The notes under the pieces were generated by a model. The model was not told where the DNA came from. It saw only the letters and a program-made list of their open reading frames with translations, and did no database searches. From positions 620,001-684,000 of the forward strand of contig CP142735.1 of the NCBI GenBank assembly GCA_036630325.1: DNA of 64,000 nt, in the 5' to 3' direction. The position numbers and the translations under genes were made by a program. The stretch is from Vairimorpha necatrix (taxonomy: Eukaryota). Shown piece after piece: positions 25,400 to 37,470 of the stretch. Each line of letters starts with the position of its first letter. The stretch's first letter is position 1.

Positions 25400-25800
25400 T
25401 GGAAATGTGAGGAAAAAAGTGATCGTTGTTGATGTTGGAATCAAAAGCTTAACAACCCTTGTGCGGTAGAAACAGAAAAGAAACATAAATACAACTTGCT
25501 CGCCAATCATGTGGCTTCTCTCTATAAGTACAAACCGAAAATTATTCCTTATGTGATGACATATGATGCAATAGTAGCTAATTTCTATCGCTCACATATA
25601 CAAGAGCTCCGATTAGTACCCATAACGGAAGCATATATACAGATAAGAGTCCTTTGAGTGATTTAGAAAGCCTAACTATGTCAATCGGACATGGGCTTGA
25701 TACTGAACAGGAAGGGGTATTTGAGGACCAAATATGTGAATTTTAGGAGGAACTCCAGGCATTGTCAGAAGAAATTAGATGTATAGTCTGGAAAAAGTAA
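25400..25800 (+). mobile_element. Old 3' fragment of a related RLE LINE
   Basis: Translates to KVIVVDVGI..KYNLLAN..KIIPYVMT, homologous to the endonuclease region at 24750-24830. Confidence 0.55.
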
Positions 25801-26114
25801 TTAGTAAGCAAGATATAATATTATATGCTAAAAAATTATTTATGTTGAGCTGTAATACATTATTAATTTTAAAATTATCATTTACATTAATGTATGAATA
25901 AAAATATTTTCAAAAAAGGATACAAATCAAATGTCAAAATTTGTAACTGCTGTCAACGGGGTTGACGTATGAAAAAAATTAAATTATTTGACATGTTTTA
26001 GAAAACAAAACTTTTGTTTAGGATTTACTGAAATGTTATATATGTAAAAAATTATACAATTTAGCTGATACTCCTTTTTTTATGTAAAAAAGAAAAATCT
26101 ATAACACGCCCAAA

Positions 26115-27977
26115 ATGGAGAGAGAATTCAAAACACTTCAATTTGAAAATCTTTATTACGACGTGCCAAATGTCAATCCAAATATAAATGGTCCATACGC
26201 CGAGATTTTAAAATCCTTATCTGGCGAAATTATATCTGGGAAACTTACAGCTGTGCTTGGTTCTAGCGGATGCGGTAAAACTCATTTTCTTAAAATGCTT
26301 GTTGGAGATATAAGTGGAAAATCAAAAACATTCGGTAAAATTTTATGTAATAGCGAAGAAAGAGATCCAGAAGGATGGAAAATGAAGTTTTCGTATGTTC
26401 CTCAGGATGATATATTTTATCCTGACTTATCGATTTATGATCATATGAAATATTATATGTCACTTGGTGAAGCAAAATATCGGGAATTTGACGAACGTAA
26501 GGCCGACAAAATACTTGATGGATGCGCAATATTGCATAAAAAACATAGTCTTATTGGTGCACTCTCAGGAGGTGAACGCAAGCGAGCTTTGATCGCTATC
26601 TCTATGATTAATGATCCAGAAATTTTGATTTTAGATGAACCTACAACTGGGTTAGATTCAAATACAGCATTAGAAATTATTTACACCTTAAAAAAATATG
26701 CACAGAATCATAATTGTACGGTTATATCTACAATTCATCAACCTGGTGCCGGTCTTTTCAGCTACTTTGATGATTTAATTGTATTAGTTAAATTAGGAGT
26801 ATTTTATAATGGCCCAAATAAAAAATTAGAATCTTTTTTGGTTGAAAATGGGATCTCTACAGAATCAGAGTTATCATTGCCTGAATTATTGTTCGTTATT
26901 ATATCTGATCATTCCCTTCTTCCCGAAACTAAAAAATATAAATCGATTGTTAAGAAAATCATTGAAAAAAATAAGCAATCATGTAGAAATGAAAATACTG
27001 CTGAAATATGCAATAACTACAAGACTCTCACTTTTAAACCTAAATTATATGATAGTTGGAAGATAATGAAACATTCCTTTGATACTACCTATAACAAAAA
27101 CAAATCATATTTTGGTTTCGTTTTAATGACTTTTTGGACAATCTTATTAATTTTATTGGAGCCAATTGTGCAATTCCTTATTTCCCTTCAATTTAATTGT
27201 TTAGAAATCAATGAAGAATTGAAACAATGTTCTTACAATCAAATATTTGGGTTTAGCTTAGCTTTAGTTAATCATCTATATAATTTATCTCATATTGTTT
27301 GGTTTCTTTATGCATACACAAGTGTATAGAAGTACAACGAGTATTTTGCTCCTGAATATTTAAACGGCAAATACACATATGGTACGTATTTTATGGCAAT
27401 GCTCTACTATTCTCTAATAAGAACTTTTATGTTCTTTTTTCCTAGGTTCTGTTTTTATCTATTGATTTATAGAAATTTTATGTTCAATTCTCTAATATTT
27501 TTAATTTTTACTATTTCTACAATTATTAATATTTTTTTATACACTTGTATGTCTATTGCAATTGAATATAATCCTGTTTTTTTCACTATATATATGATGA
27601 TAATACTATCACCACAAGTTATTGGCGATTTGGTGTTTAAACTAAAATATGACGATAAACTTACGTATGTGTTATCAAGCATCCCAATATTAAATTATAG
27701 ACTCTTTTTAAAAATGAGATGTTTTGGATTAGCCGAAAAATTTCGTAATAAGACTGCGATTCTTGAATTTCTGAAAAAAACATGCGTTAAAGAAATTATC
27801 TATTGCTCATATGAAGAAGGTACAGAAAATACAATTATTTACAACAAATTCGGCAAATGGGCGGATTTCATTATCGTTTTTAGTACATTCCGAACTTGTT
27901 TATTTTTGACTAGTATTGTAACATTGCTTTACAAAATCAACAGGATTCCTAACATGAGATTTAAATTATCAAAATAA
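26115..27977 (+). pseudogene. ABCG half transporter with an in-frame TAG (27327-27329) replacing Trp
   Basis: ORFs 26115-27329 and 27393-27977 are in the same frame. The intact paralogue reads NVWKYNEY where this copy reads SV*KYNEY. Confidence 0.9.
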
Positions 27978-29482
27978 TAAATTCAACCTAAATCTTTTTT
28001 CCAATACTTCTAATCTGATGTTATACATCACACATTAAATTGACCCAGTCGTTTAAATATTTAAACTCTATTTTATGATACAAAAGGGAGGACCAGGAAT
28101 TCATACTTATTTTCACTTTTATCCTATTTATTAATAGAATCAACATTTATGTTTCAAATACTTTTTTTAAATAAATAGAAGGATTATACATGGAATATTT
28201 TTAAAAAATTCCATGAAGTTTCTAATGAAAGTCATTAAAAAGGTGAATTTTGGCCGGTATTACTGATGGAGATGAATACCAGGAAAGAAAATTTTTTAAA
28301 CTGTATATAACTTGACTTATTTGACATCAGAACCAAAAAAAACTATTATAGAAATTAAATCTTAATGGTATGGATTGCATCTTTTAAAATAGGTAGTATA
28401 AAGATTTAAATGTTGTTTTTTAAATGAAATAAACACCTCTTACACGATAAAAATTGCATCATCATACAAAAGAGGTGAATTTATTGTTATGCAAGATAAA
28501 TACGTTATAACGACAATAAAAGGTTATGTAATTTTATTCAAAAAATTGAATATAATTTTTTTTTAAACATAAAAAACTATTTTTATTGTCATTTAACAAT
28601 TTTTAAGAAACCCTTTTGCTGCACTTTCTACATATACATTCTTATTCTCAAAACAATCTTTATTTGTTCTATAATATTAAATTATACTTTTGATAACTTT
28701 TTTGCATATTTAGTTATTATTGTTGTTTTATAACATAACAATTGGTTAATAAATATTTATTATATTTCAGAGCTATTCAATTTGAAAATAGAAACAAAAT
28801 CTAAATAATCTAAACTAATATTTCATTGGAAATATCTACTATAGATTTTGCACGTTTGAACAAAAAAGATGTTTTTTTATGTAATTATATATATTGGTTT
28901 TTTTTAGTATCGTATAATTAACAAATGAAATAAATTGTTTATTATTAAAATCTATTATTTAATTAAACAACATGTTAATGACTAATATAGAGGGAGACAA
29001 ACAGTTGTGAAATTGAGTGATTACAGTGGGCAAGAATACAAAAGAAGACTAAAAACAGAAATTTTGATGTATTCACTGGATTTAGATATGATTTATAATG
29101 TGTTGTGTAAGGAAGAATTTTTAAGAGATATAACAGGACGAAAAAATATATGAACTGTGATTTAAGTGAGGAAGGAAAGCTAAAAAATTAATAAAAATGA
29201 AATTACAAAATTAGATTGAAAATTTTTTTGCGAGAAAAACTAAAGAGCTACAAAAATTCAAAGAAAAATTAATATCTTTAATGAGACAACGATAAATAAA
29301 AGAGAATAAAAGGGAGTTGTTGCATTGTGATAGAACCCGAACACTGCTATTACTAGAATTTTGAGGAAGCAAAAAAATATGATTATAATAAAAATGTCAG
29401 TATTTTTTTAAGGAAGCTAGGCCAAAAGTTCTTCTCAAACTAATAATAAAAGTGTATGTTAACCATTTATTTATTAAGGGTT

Positions 29483-30463
29483 CTAAACCCTACATCCCCC
29501 CTCCAGACGGGTAGTCTCTCCATCTTCTAAACAACTCTTCCTTATCTCTTTCAAATCATAATGCCTCTTTTTAACAATTTTACCATCCAGTAGTCTCACA
29601 ATATATGAATCATTTTCACTTATAGCTACGATCCTTCCGCGACCCGTGAATCTTCCCTTGTCTGTTTTCGCACGTGTACCTAAATTTTCTCTCCTAGCGA
29701 TTCTTACCTCTTGGCCTACTGTAAATGTCTCTCTGTGTCTTCTCTTGAACCGACCAGCATATTTTCCATTTTCATCATTTTCAATTATAACTTCAGCAGT
29801 TTGATCTCTCCACGCTTCCATCGGCGTACATTTTATTGCTGTATGTAGTGTATTATTATATCCTTTGATTGCTCTTTCTATCTTTTCAGAAATATTCCCA
29901 TCATTTTGCTTTATCAATGTCTCTCTTATAGTTCTGATGCATCTCTCGATTCTACCATTACTCCTATGAGCTTCTAAGCCCACTTTCCTATGTTTAATAT
30001 CATTAATACTACACCATTCTTTAAATCTATTACTTACAAACTCTTTTCCGTTGTCTGTCACATATTCCTCTGGAAATCCATCTTCCCTTATCCACTTTTG
30101 TAATACCTCTATAACTTCACTACTCTCTTTACATCTCAAATTCGAACCCCACAACCTTCTAGTAAAGTAATCAATACCCAGTAACACATACCTATTCTCT
30201 CCACCTATGTCCATTAAATCCAACGCCACTTTCTCCAATTTCTTTCTAGTTACTACGAAATCACATCCTCCTGTGTTTTTCCTATTGTTAATCCCACATA
30301 TTTCACAATTCTTAATTACCTTATTAATATGATCTTTCATACCAGGCCAATACCATCTTTGTTTAATGTTATAATAAGTGCCTTTGACACCTCTATGGTT
30401 TAACTCCTCATGTACTCTTGTTATTTCATGTTCTCTACTATCTAGGCTCAATATCTCTTTCAC
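29483..30463 (-). CDS. Integrase portion of pol (HHCC, DDE), stop codon inside the 3' LTR
   Basis: Motifs HEELNH..CEIC, ALDLMD, TDNGKEF and NGRIER. Separated from RT-RH by a frameshift near 30520. Confidence 0.9.
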   Translation of the reverse strand: MKEILSLDSREHEITRVHEELNHRGVKGTYYNIKQRWYWPGMKDHINKVIKNCEICGINNRKNTGGCDFVVTRKKLEKVALDLMDIGGENRYVLLGIDYFTRRLWGSNLRCKESSEVIEVLQKWIREDGFPEEYVTDNGKEFVSNRFKEWCSINDIKHRKVGLEAHRSNGRIERCIRTIRETLIKQNDGNISEKIERAIKGYNNTLHTAIKCTPMEAWRDQTAEVIIENDENGKYAGRFKRRHRETFTVGQEVRIARRENLGTRAKTDKGRFTGRGRIVAISENDSYIVRLLDGKIVKKRHYDLKEIRKSCLEDGETTRLEGGCRV

Positions 30464-30506
30464 CTCACCTGTGGAAAATTCCCAATACTGTTTACCGTCC
30501 TTTTCT

Positions 30507-31853
30507 TTAATATGTTTCTGCTTTTCCCAAAATTTGTTTTTCGATCACTTCTTTTCTCTTGTTGTCCTTTTCTTTTTGTTCATCCGAAACTTCTACCTGA
30601 TCATACTGCCTGCTTAACGCATCTGCATCTGTCATCAACTCCCCTTTCACATACTCTATTGTAAAGTCAAACTCTTGTATCTGTTCTACCCATCTGTTTA
30701 TTCTGTTATTATTGAAGTATGGCTTATTTCTGATCTCTACTAATGCTTTATGATCCGTCATCAAATGAAATTTCCTTCCTCTCAAATCACTTTCAAACTT
30801 CTTTATTCCAAAAAACACCGCCAACATCTCCTTCTCACTTATCGTATATCTTCGCTCGGTAGGAGTCAACATTTTCGATGCCCATTGTATCGGAATCCAC
30901 TCACCCTCTTTATTTTCTTGTAATAGAATTGCTCCGATCCCCGTATCACACGCATCAGTTCTTACTCTAAATAGCTTTTTTCCGTCCGGAATCTTCAACT
31001 TTTTCATATCTCTCAAGCCTTGCTTCATATCCTCAAAAGCTCTTTCCATATCCTCCGTCCAATTCCACTTAACATCTTTCTTTAAAGCCTCAGTAAGCCT
31101 TACTGTTCTATACGCATAGTTGGGAATAAAGTCTCTAAACCAACCAGTTAGTCCTAAAAATCTTCTTAACTCTCTAACATTCTCAGGTTTTCTATATTCC
31201 AATGTCTCCTGCTTTTTAATCTCATTCGGTCCCATGACCTCCCCATTAATTGTTACTCCCAGCAACATCACCTCTTCTTTTTTGTATTGTATCTTTGTTT
31301 GGTTTATTCTCAACCCACACTCTTTAAACTTTTTAATTACCCTCTCTAGTAACTCGTCATGCACTCTTACGTCTTTACCATGAATAACTATATCATCCAT
31401 ATATACTTCCACGCCTTTACCTCTGAATTCATCTAAAACTCTGTTCATTACTCTCTGCATTATATGAGGCGAATTCTTAAACCCCATAACCATACTATTC
31501 CATTCGTATACTCGACCATTCACTTCAAATGCTGTTTTGTGCTTATGGTGCTCCTCAATCTCAATATGATAAAACCCTTCTTTTAAGTCGATAACCGTAA
31601 ATACTTTTGACCCCTGTGTGGCTCTCATAATATCCTTAATTAACGGTAGTGAGTACGGGTCCTTGTCAACCAAATCGTTTAACGCCATCAAATTGCTTAC
31701 CAATCTTACGTCCCCATTTGGTTTTTCAAGTGCTCTTATTGGACTCCTCCACTCACTTTTGGAACGTCTTATAACCCCTCTATTTTCCAACTTATTCAAG
31801 TACTCCTCAAATTTCACCCTAAGGTAGTATGGCACATTCTGCCCTCTTTTCAC
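30507..31853 (-). CDS. Reverse transcriptase-RNase H portion of pol
   Basis: Motifs IDLKEGFYH, MGFKNSP, YMDDIVI, TDACDTG and TDHKAL. Confidence 0.92.
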   Translation of the reverse strand: MKRGQNVPYYLRVKFEEYLNKLENRGVIRRSKSEWRSPIRALEKPNGDVRLVSNLMALNDLVDKDPYSLPLIKDIMRATQGSKVFTVIDLKEGFYHIEIEEHHKHKTAFEVNGRVYEWNSMVMGFKNSPHIMQRVMNRVLDEFRGKGVEVYMDDIVIHGKDVRVHDELLERVIKKFKECGLRINQTKIQYKKEEVMLLGVTINGEVMGPNEIKKQETLEYRKPENVRELRRFLGLTGWFRDFIPNYAYRTVRLTEALKKDVKWNWTEDMERAFEDMKQGLRDMKKLKIPDGKKLFRVRTDACDTGIGAILLQENKEGEWIPIQWASKMLTPTERRYTISEKEMLAVFFGIKKFESDLRGRKFHLMTDHKALVEIRNKPYFNNNRINRWVEQIQEFDFTIEYVKGELMTDADALSRQYDQVEVSDEQKEKDNKRKEVIEKQILGKAETY

Positions 31854-31906
31854 AACCTTTTCACCTTGCTTCCTATTTATTGGACACTTCTCTCCTGTGA
31901 GATATT

Positions 31907-32506
31907 TTATCTTTTCTTTTCTTCTGATTCTTTAAAAACTTCCGGATACTTTTCAATTAAATTTTCTAACTTATTTACTGTTTTACATCTTTTCCCTTCA
32001 TTGTTGATAATTGGTTCTTTCTGTAAAACTTGTTCCTTTTTAATTTTATATTTTTCCCTACCAGCTACACTTTCATGACATTCTCTAGCGTAATGCCCTT
32101 CTTTCTTACATATAAAACATTTTGTAGTTTCTCTGATTTCTCTTCTATTCCTATACATCCTAAGATTTTCTTTTCTTTCTTCCCTAAACTCTTTCAACAC
32201 TTTATCCATAATCTCTTTAATCATTTCTTGTCTTTCTTCTGACTCTCTCTCAAATTCTGCTCCTTTTTGTAAGCCTTTATAAATTTCCTCCCAACTGCTC
32301 CTTCCGTCACAAAAATTTTCAAAAATATAATCCTGCAAGTTCGCAGATGCCAAATCCATAACATCTTTCCACTCAACTTTCTCAACTTTCAATATTAACT
32401 TTAGTCTCTTATCTATCCTAATTGCCTCTTTCTCTAATGTTCTAGCCTCTTGACTACGGGACTCTCTTGTTTCCCTGTTCATCCTTGTGTTCGGCATGTT
32501 AACCAT
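31907..32506 (-). CDS. Gag with CCHC zinc knuckle; ATG inside the 5' LTR; no protease motif before RT
   Basis: CFICKKEGHYAREC is followed directly by the pre-RT linker LIEKYPEVF. Confidence 0.85.
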   Translation of the reverse strand: MVNMPNTRMNRETRESRSQEARTLEKEAIRIDKRLKLILKVEKVEWKDVMDLASANLQDYIFENFCDGRSSWEEIYKGLQKGAEFERESEERQEMIKEIMDKVLKEFREERKENLRMYRNRREIRETTKCFICKKEGHYARECHESVAGREKYKIKKEQVLQKEPIINNEGKRCKTVNKLENLIEKYPEVFKESEEKKR

Positions 32507-33012
32507 TTATTTATTAAGGGTTCTAAACCCTACAGTGTATAAAATATTGTAAAGGGTAAAGTTAAAGTTACGAAGACAAAAATATCTTTTGTTGGCGACT
32601 AGGAGATAAAAAAGGCAATCTTAAGATAATTTTAAAGAAGAATCTAGAGAGATCTTTGTCGAAGAAAATAGGAAGATGCTCTTATAAATTAAAAAATGCA
32701 AAATTATAACTTGAAATGTCCTGAGGTTTTTAGGAAAAGGATAGAATAACACAAGCTTGAATAAATGATCTTGTAACTTATCTAAGAAATTTAGAAAAAA
32801 AACAATTTTTTAAAAGATTTAAATCTAATTGATTAAATTGGTTAGAGCACATCGAAAGCCTAATGGAAACATGTAATTTGTAAGATACTTATAGTATTTA
32901 AATCATATGGTAAAAGTGGAAGAATTTAAAGTGTCGAATACCCTAGATATATTTATAGTAACACAGACGATCGTTTTGTCGTTGTTAAATCTTAAAAATA
33001 GATTTTTTTTTT

Positions 33013-33788
33013 GGTTGCTCTTAGTCCAGTGGTCAAGGGCGATGCTACCATTATGCAATAGCTAGGTTCGAATCCCAGTAGCACTAAAATTGTTTCTATA
33101 TTCTATTGCAGTTGGGACAACTCAGATAGAGAATACATCACGCTAATCTATTGTTATTTTTTTGAAACTTATGTGCGCTCATCAATAAGTTAATTGTCAT
33201 TTAGTTTAAAAATCCATCTTAAGAGTAAAAACAGCATTTCAATCGTAAGGATTTAATGCACATATAATATCTGCTGGTTTAACCCTTTTGTAACCCATGG
33301 CTAGTGAACTTGGGGGTATCACAGACCTAACAAAGAGACTAGACGAAGTTGGACACTAGAATGTCTCGTGAATCATATCTACAAAGTTCTGTAATGCGGT
33401 GACAAACTAGTGAGAGACTGGTGTTCAACGAGCCTAATAAAAATGCCAGGCTGGCGATGTGGCGGTGTAAGAAGCCATGTGTTTAATTTAGATGATTATA
33501 AAGACCTCTGGGTAAATACGACGATATATCTCCTCAAATTCTAGATAAACATGCCCGTTAAGTATATCCGCTGTGAGGTCACTTTGGACGCGATTTGAGG
33601 TAAAAATGGAAAGTGTTCTTCTGACCCAAAGTCCAATGGATACGGCGGAGCTTGCTGCACCGGCAAGTTGTATGGAGGGAGTTTTAGTGAGTAATAATAT
33701 CATAGTACCAGTTGGATGAGGATCACACCCAAATCTCTCTAGTCACTATGTAAGGTTCCTCCTTACCTCTCATGCAAAGAAAATAAAA
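33013..33788 (+). mobile_element. tRNA-headed SINE-like element (copy 2), inserted in a decayed gypsy RT
   Basis: Head has TAGTCCAGTGG and GGTTCGAATCC. The body is collinear with 15118-15909 and the end is A-rich. The TSD is degenerate. Confidence 0.85.
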
Positions 33789-35892
33789 TCAGATTATGTA
33801 ACTATATTTTAGAGCAGGATAAGTATAAAGATTTGGGGGAGTCTATCGGTCATGTAACGATGAAACGGTGCACAATGGTTTTAAAAACTCTCTACAAATA
33901 TTGCAGAGGATTATGGATTTCATTTACGAAGATTTAAAAAGTAATGGAGTAAAAAAAGTGGCATTTACGACCTTGTTATGTACAATATTAATATTAAAGA
34001 ATATAGTCGTTTGCTCGGACTTGTTTTTAAAAGATTAAAGAGAGAAATATGTAACTTAACTTTAATTAAATACAGTTTTGTGAAAGAGCTAACTCAATAA
34101 TTATTAAATTTAATAGAGACGATTTTACGCCATGTAAGATTATGAAGAAGGAATTTTGAGAGACCCGCCGCCGGCTTGTGTTCCTGATGTAATAAACCTT
34201 TTACTATTAACTGATGGTCCAAAGACTCCATAAAGACTACGTAGCGAAGACACTTAACTTGAAATAAATTTAAAAGTTAGAGGTAAAGATTTTACATGGG
34301 CAAAAGAAATAAATTTAGAGTATATAAACGCAAGAAAATACACAGTTAATTATTAAAACTGTAAATATTCTGTAAATTAAGAATTTTTATAAGGACGGAT
34401 GCAATTAACATGTGATGGGTGCGGTTCTACTATAAAAGATTAAAAGGAGAATGGGTTTTGAAGGTGTAGGCAAAAAGGGTTGGCAACTGAAGTTAGCTAT
34501 GGTATTTCTGAAAATAAAATTTACGTAGAATTTTAAAAGTTAAGAAATTTATATGTAAACATGGGGGAAGAAGATTTAGTGTAAAAACAGATCATAAGGC
34601 TTTGCTCAATTGCGAAATAGGCCGATTTTAGACAATTCAGGAGTAAATTGGTAAGTAGAAAGAATCTTGTAGTTCAAATTCGAGAATAAATATAGAAAGT
34701 ATTGGAAAAAATCATGGCTGTTTGATTAAGTTGAATCAATCTACAAAGAAGCGGAAAGGAAAAGACGACGAATAAAGCTGAAAGAAGAAATAAAACACTT
34801 GTGTTAAAAAAGAAGACGGAAAAATATATGGCTATTTGACAAGGAAAGGAGTTGAGAATCCATTTGAAGAAGAAAGAGAAAAGTTGATAGATTATTGCAA
34901 TGTTAATTTGAACCATAGATGAAAAAACGGCCTATAACGAGCATAAGAAAAGATATTATCGATCGGCAATCAAGGACCAAATTAATGAGGTAATTAAAAG
35001 ACGGGAAATCTGCCAAAATACAATGTAGAGAGTGAGTTTAGTAAATATATAACACTAAAAGTATAAAGACAAGATTAGAAAGATCAAATTGAGTTGAGTT
35101 GAAAAAAAAGTGATAGTTGTCGCCGTATATTATTTTACAAGACGATTGTAAAATAAAGGATTTGACAATAAGCAAGCTGTCGGAATTGTTAGATTTCAAA
35201 ATGAATTGTAGATGCTGAGAAAGTAGACAGAAATACGTAAAAGATAACGAACGAGAATGTTGCAATGTTGAATGGTAGAACAATACTTTCATAAAAATTA
35301 ATTACAAATAAGGGCATAAAGTCTAAAGAGCAAAATGTATGGTAGAAAGAGCGTTTTTACAGCGAGATATTTAGAATAGAAAGAAAGTATTCGAGGATAT
35401 GGACTAGGTACCATTGAGAAATATAACTCTAGTTGCCACGTAGTTAAAAATATATCATAATAAGGTCAATGGGTAATAAAAGAGGAATGATGTGATAGAG
35501 AATAGCTTAAAGGGGGGGACTGCTTGCAGATTAGAGTCACGGTATAGATAACGATCCGCAAGGATTAAAAAAAGATATGATGGTGAAGAACGAAAATCAT
35601 AAAGATGTGATAAGTATGGTCTAAAAAGGGTTTTATAATTGGCACTTATAGTAAAAATATTCAAAAGGTTTCAAATATAGTTATAAATAAGGGCGCAATG
35701 GCCCGAGCCCAATATTTCCACATTTTTTTACGTACTAAATCCAGCAAAGGCCGCTAAATGGGAATTGGGGTTTACGACCATATAACAAGAGTCGAAATTT
35801 TACCGATTACTTGAATTTCATTTGGATTATCATTTCCGAGGTTATAAATATTTTTGTTTTTTAGATGATTTCTTCAAAAATATTTTATTCTT

Positions 35893-36096
35893 ATGATATG
35901 CCTGGAGACGCTTGACAGTAGATCAAAAAAATTCCAAGACCCACATGAGGCAAAATGTTTGCTATGTTATATAAATCTCCTAACAAACAATCATAGAATG
36001 TATGAATGTCCTTGTATAATAATATTAACTCTGGACGATTTGTATATAGACTGCCGCAGGGTTAATATACAAAAAAGACGGTATGTGGAACATTAG
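35893..36096 (+). pseudogene. Short ORF with a zf-RVT-like CxxC..H..C motif (non-LTR retrotransposon C-terminal fragment)
   Basis: Sequence LETLDSR..KCLLC..NHRMYECP. Confidence 0.4.
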
Positions 36097-36204
36097 TTGG
36101 ACTTTTTGATAAACTTCATTTTTTTATTTTCCAAATACCTATAAGTACTTATTTGTATATTTGTGATGACCTAATCAATTAAAACAAAGCTCATCACATT
36201 ATTT

Positions 36205-37470
36205 GGGGTGAAGGATACTTTAGACCCCCTTTGAAGCGCTTCAATTTTTTTTTCGAACCCCAAAATTGAAGTGCAAAAAAAAAGAGGAGCAAGAAAGGGA
36301 CAAAAATTTCTTATCACTTTAAACATTAAAAATACAAAATAATTATATATTCAGATACAAAATGTTATTAGAAACCAAGATATATTTATCAAAAACACTT
36401 TTTTATTATATTTATGAAGGGATTATTAGGATAATTTCTTTTAAAAGTAAAAAAATTAAGAAATAGATTTCATCTTTTTCAGTCCGATATCTTGCAGGAA
36501 TCACTCTTTTTACACCAGCCCATGTTCCTTCAATTGTGTTGGTATGAACACCATTCTCGGGATTTATAAAACCAAGGGAATGGTTAACAGTATAGTGTTC
36601 GTATAAGCCTAATTGATTTAAATTTATATACCCTCTCCAACAATCAGTATAAATAATACTTCCGGGATGTACATATTCTTTTATTAATCTTTCGAGAGTC
36701 ACGGCTTTTCTATTTTTAACTTTAATTAAGACTAAGCCTTGTTCTGTAGTCCTTTCCACCATCCCAAGTATCCATACGCCGTCAACTTTGTGGCCTTTGT
36801 TGTATTTTCGCTTTCCGAATTTAGATTCGTCAATCTCCACATTTATACCTGGACCTCCTATTTTTTTATTACCAGTTATATGCTTATTTAAGTTTCTGAA
36901 AATTCTATAAATTGTTTTTCGATTGAAACTATGAATTTTTTTAATAGTTTTTATGGCCGTATTTTCAACAAAAAGAAATATGACCTGGCATATTATCAGC
37001 CAAGGTAATTTAGCTCCATGAAAAGGTTTCTTGTTTGTTATCGTAAATTCTTTTCTGCACCTTTTTGATGTACATCTCACTTGATTTTGTATTCCTATAC
37101 GTCTTTGTACATTCCCATAACAAAGTGGACAAAACCTTGAATTTAAAGTAGATATAATTACTTCCTCAAGTATTTTCTCAACGTCCTTGTATATTTCTGT
37201 CATTTTTAAGGGGAAAAAATGAAAATTATCATAAAATAAAAGAATTTGAATTTAGTTTGAAATTTTAAGTAGACACTTTTTATTTTTAGATATTGGTATA
37301 AAATTTAATTTTAAGTCGTTTTATATAATTATTTTGTATTTTAATGTTTAAAGTGATAAGAAATTTTTGTCCCTTTCTTGCTCCTCTTTTTTTTTTGCAC
37401 TTCAATTTTGGGGTTCGAAAAAAAAATTGAAGCGCTTCAAAGGGGGGGGGGTCTAAAGTACCCCACCTCC
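36205..37470 (-). mobile_element. Merlin/IS1595 transposon with ~145-bp TIRs
   Basis: Long inverted repeats (36205-36350 / 37322-37470) and 8-bp TSD CATTATTT. Confidence 0.92.
36412..37203 (-). CDS. Merlin/ISXO2-like DDE transposase, 263 aa (extreme C-terminus possibly frameshifted)
   Basis: Zinc ribbon CPLC..C..C, VEIDESKFGKRKYNKG, YTDCWRGY and HTNTIEGTW. CCCC lies before the ATG. Confidence 0.9.
   Translation of the reverse strand: MTEIYKDVEKILEEVIISTLNSRFCPLCYGNVQRRIGIQNQVRCTSKRCRKEFTITNKKPFHGAKLPWLIICQVIFLFVENTAIKTIKKIHSFNRKTIYRIFRNLNKHITGNKKIGGPGINVEIDESKFGKRKYNKGHKVDGVWILGMVERTTEQGLVLIKVKNRKAVTLERLIKEYVHPGSIIYTDCWRGYINLNQLGLYEHYTVNHSLGFINPENGVHTNTIEGTWAGVKRVIPARYRTEKDEIYFLIFLLLKEIILIIPS

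Larger units (their letters stand above)
29457..32534 (-). mobile_element. Ty3/gypsy retrotransposon with identical 38-bp LTRs (29457-29494, 32497-32534)
   Basis: LTR TGTAGGGTTTAGAACCCTTAATAAATAAATGGTTAACA (minus strand), 5-bp TSD GTGTA, PPT GGAGGGGGGA. Order is gag-RT-RH-IN. Confidence 0.95.
28972..35520 (+). mobile_element. Old, heavily decayed Ty3/gypsy element hosting two younger insertions
   Basis: Remnants of RT, RNase H (TDHKAL at 34587) and integrase, plus a G-rich PPT-like run at 35511. The ends are approximate. Confidence 0.55.

Noticed and set aside
27327-27329. Stop-codon reassignment (TAG as Trp), also at 42482
   Set aside because: TAG terminates intact ORFs (57394-57396) and TGG is used normally. 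These are ordinary G>A mutations.
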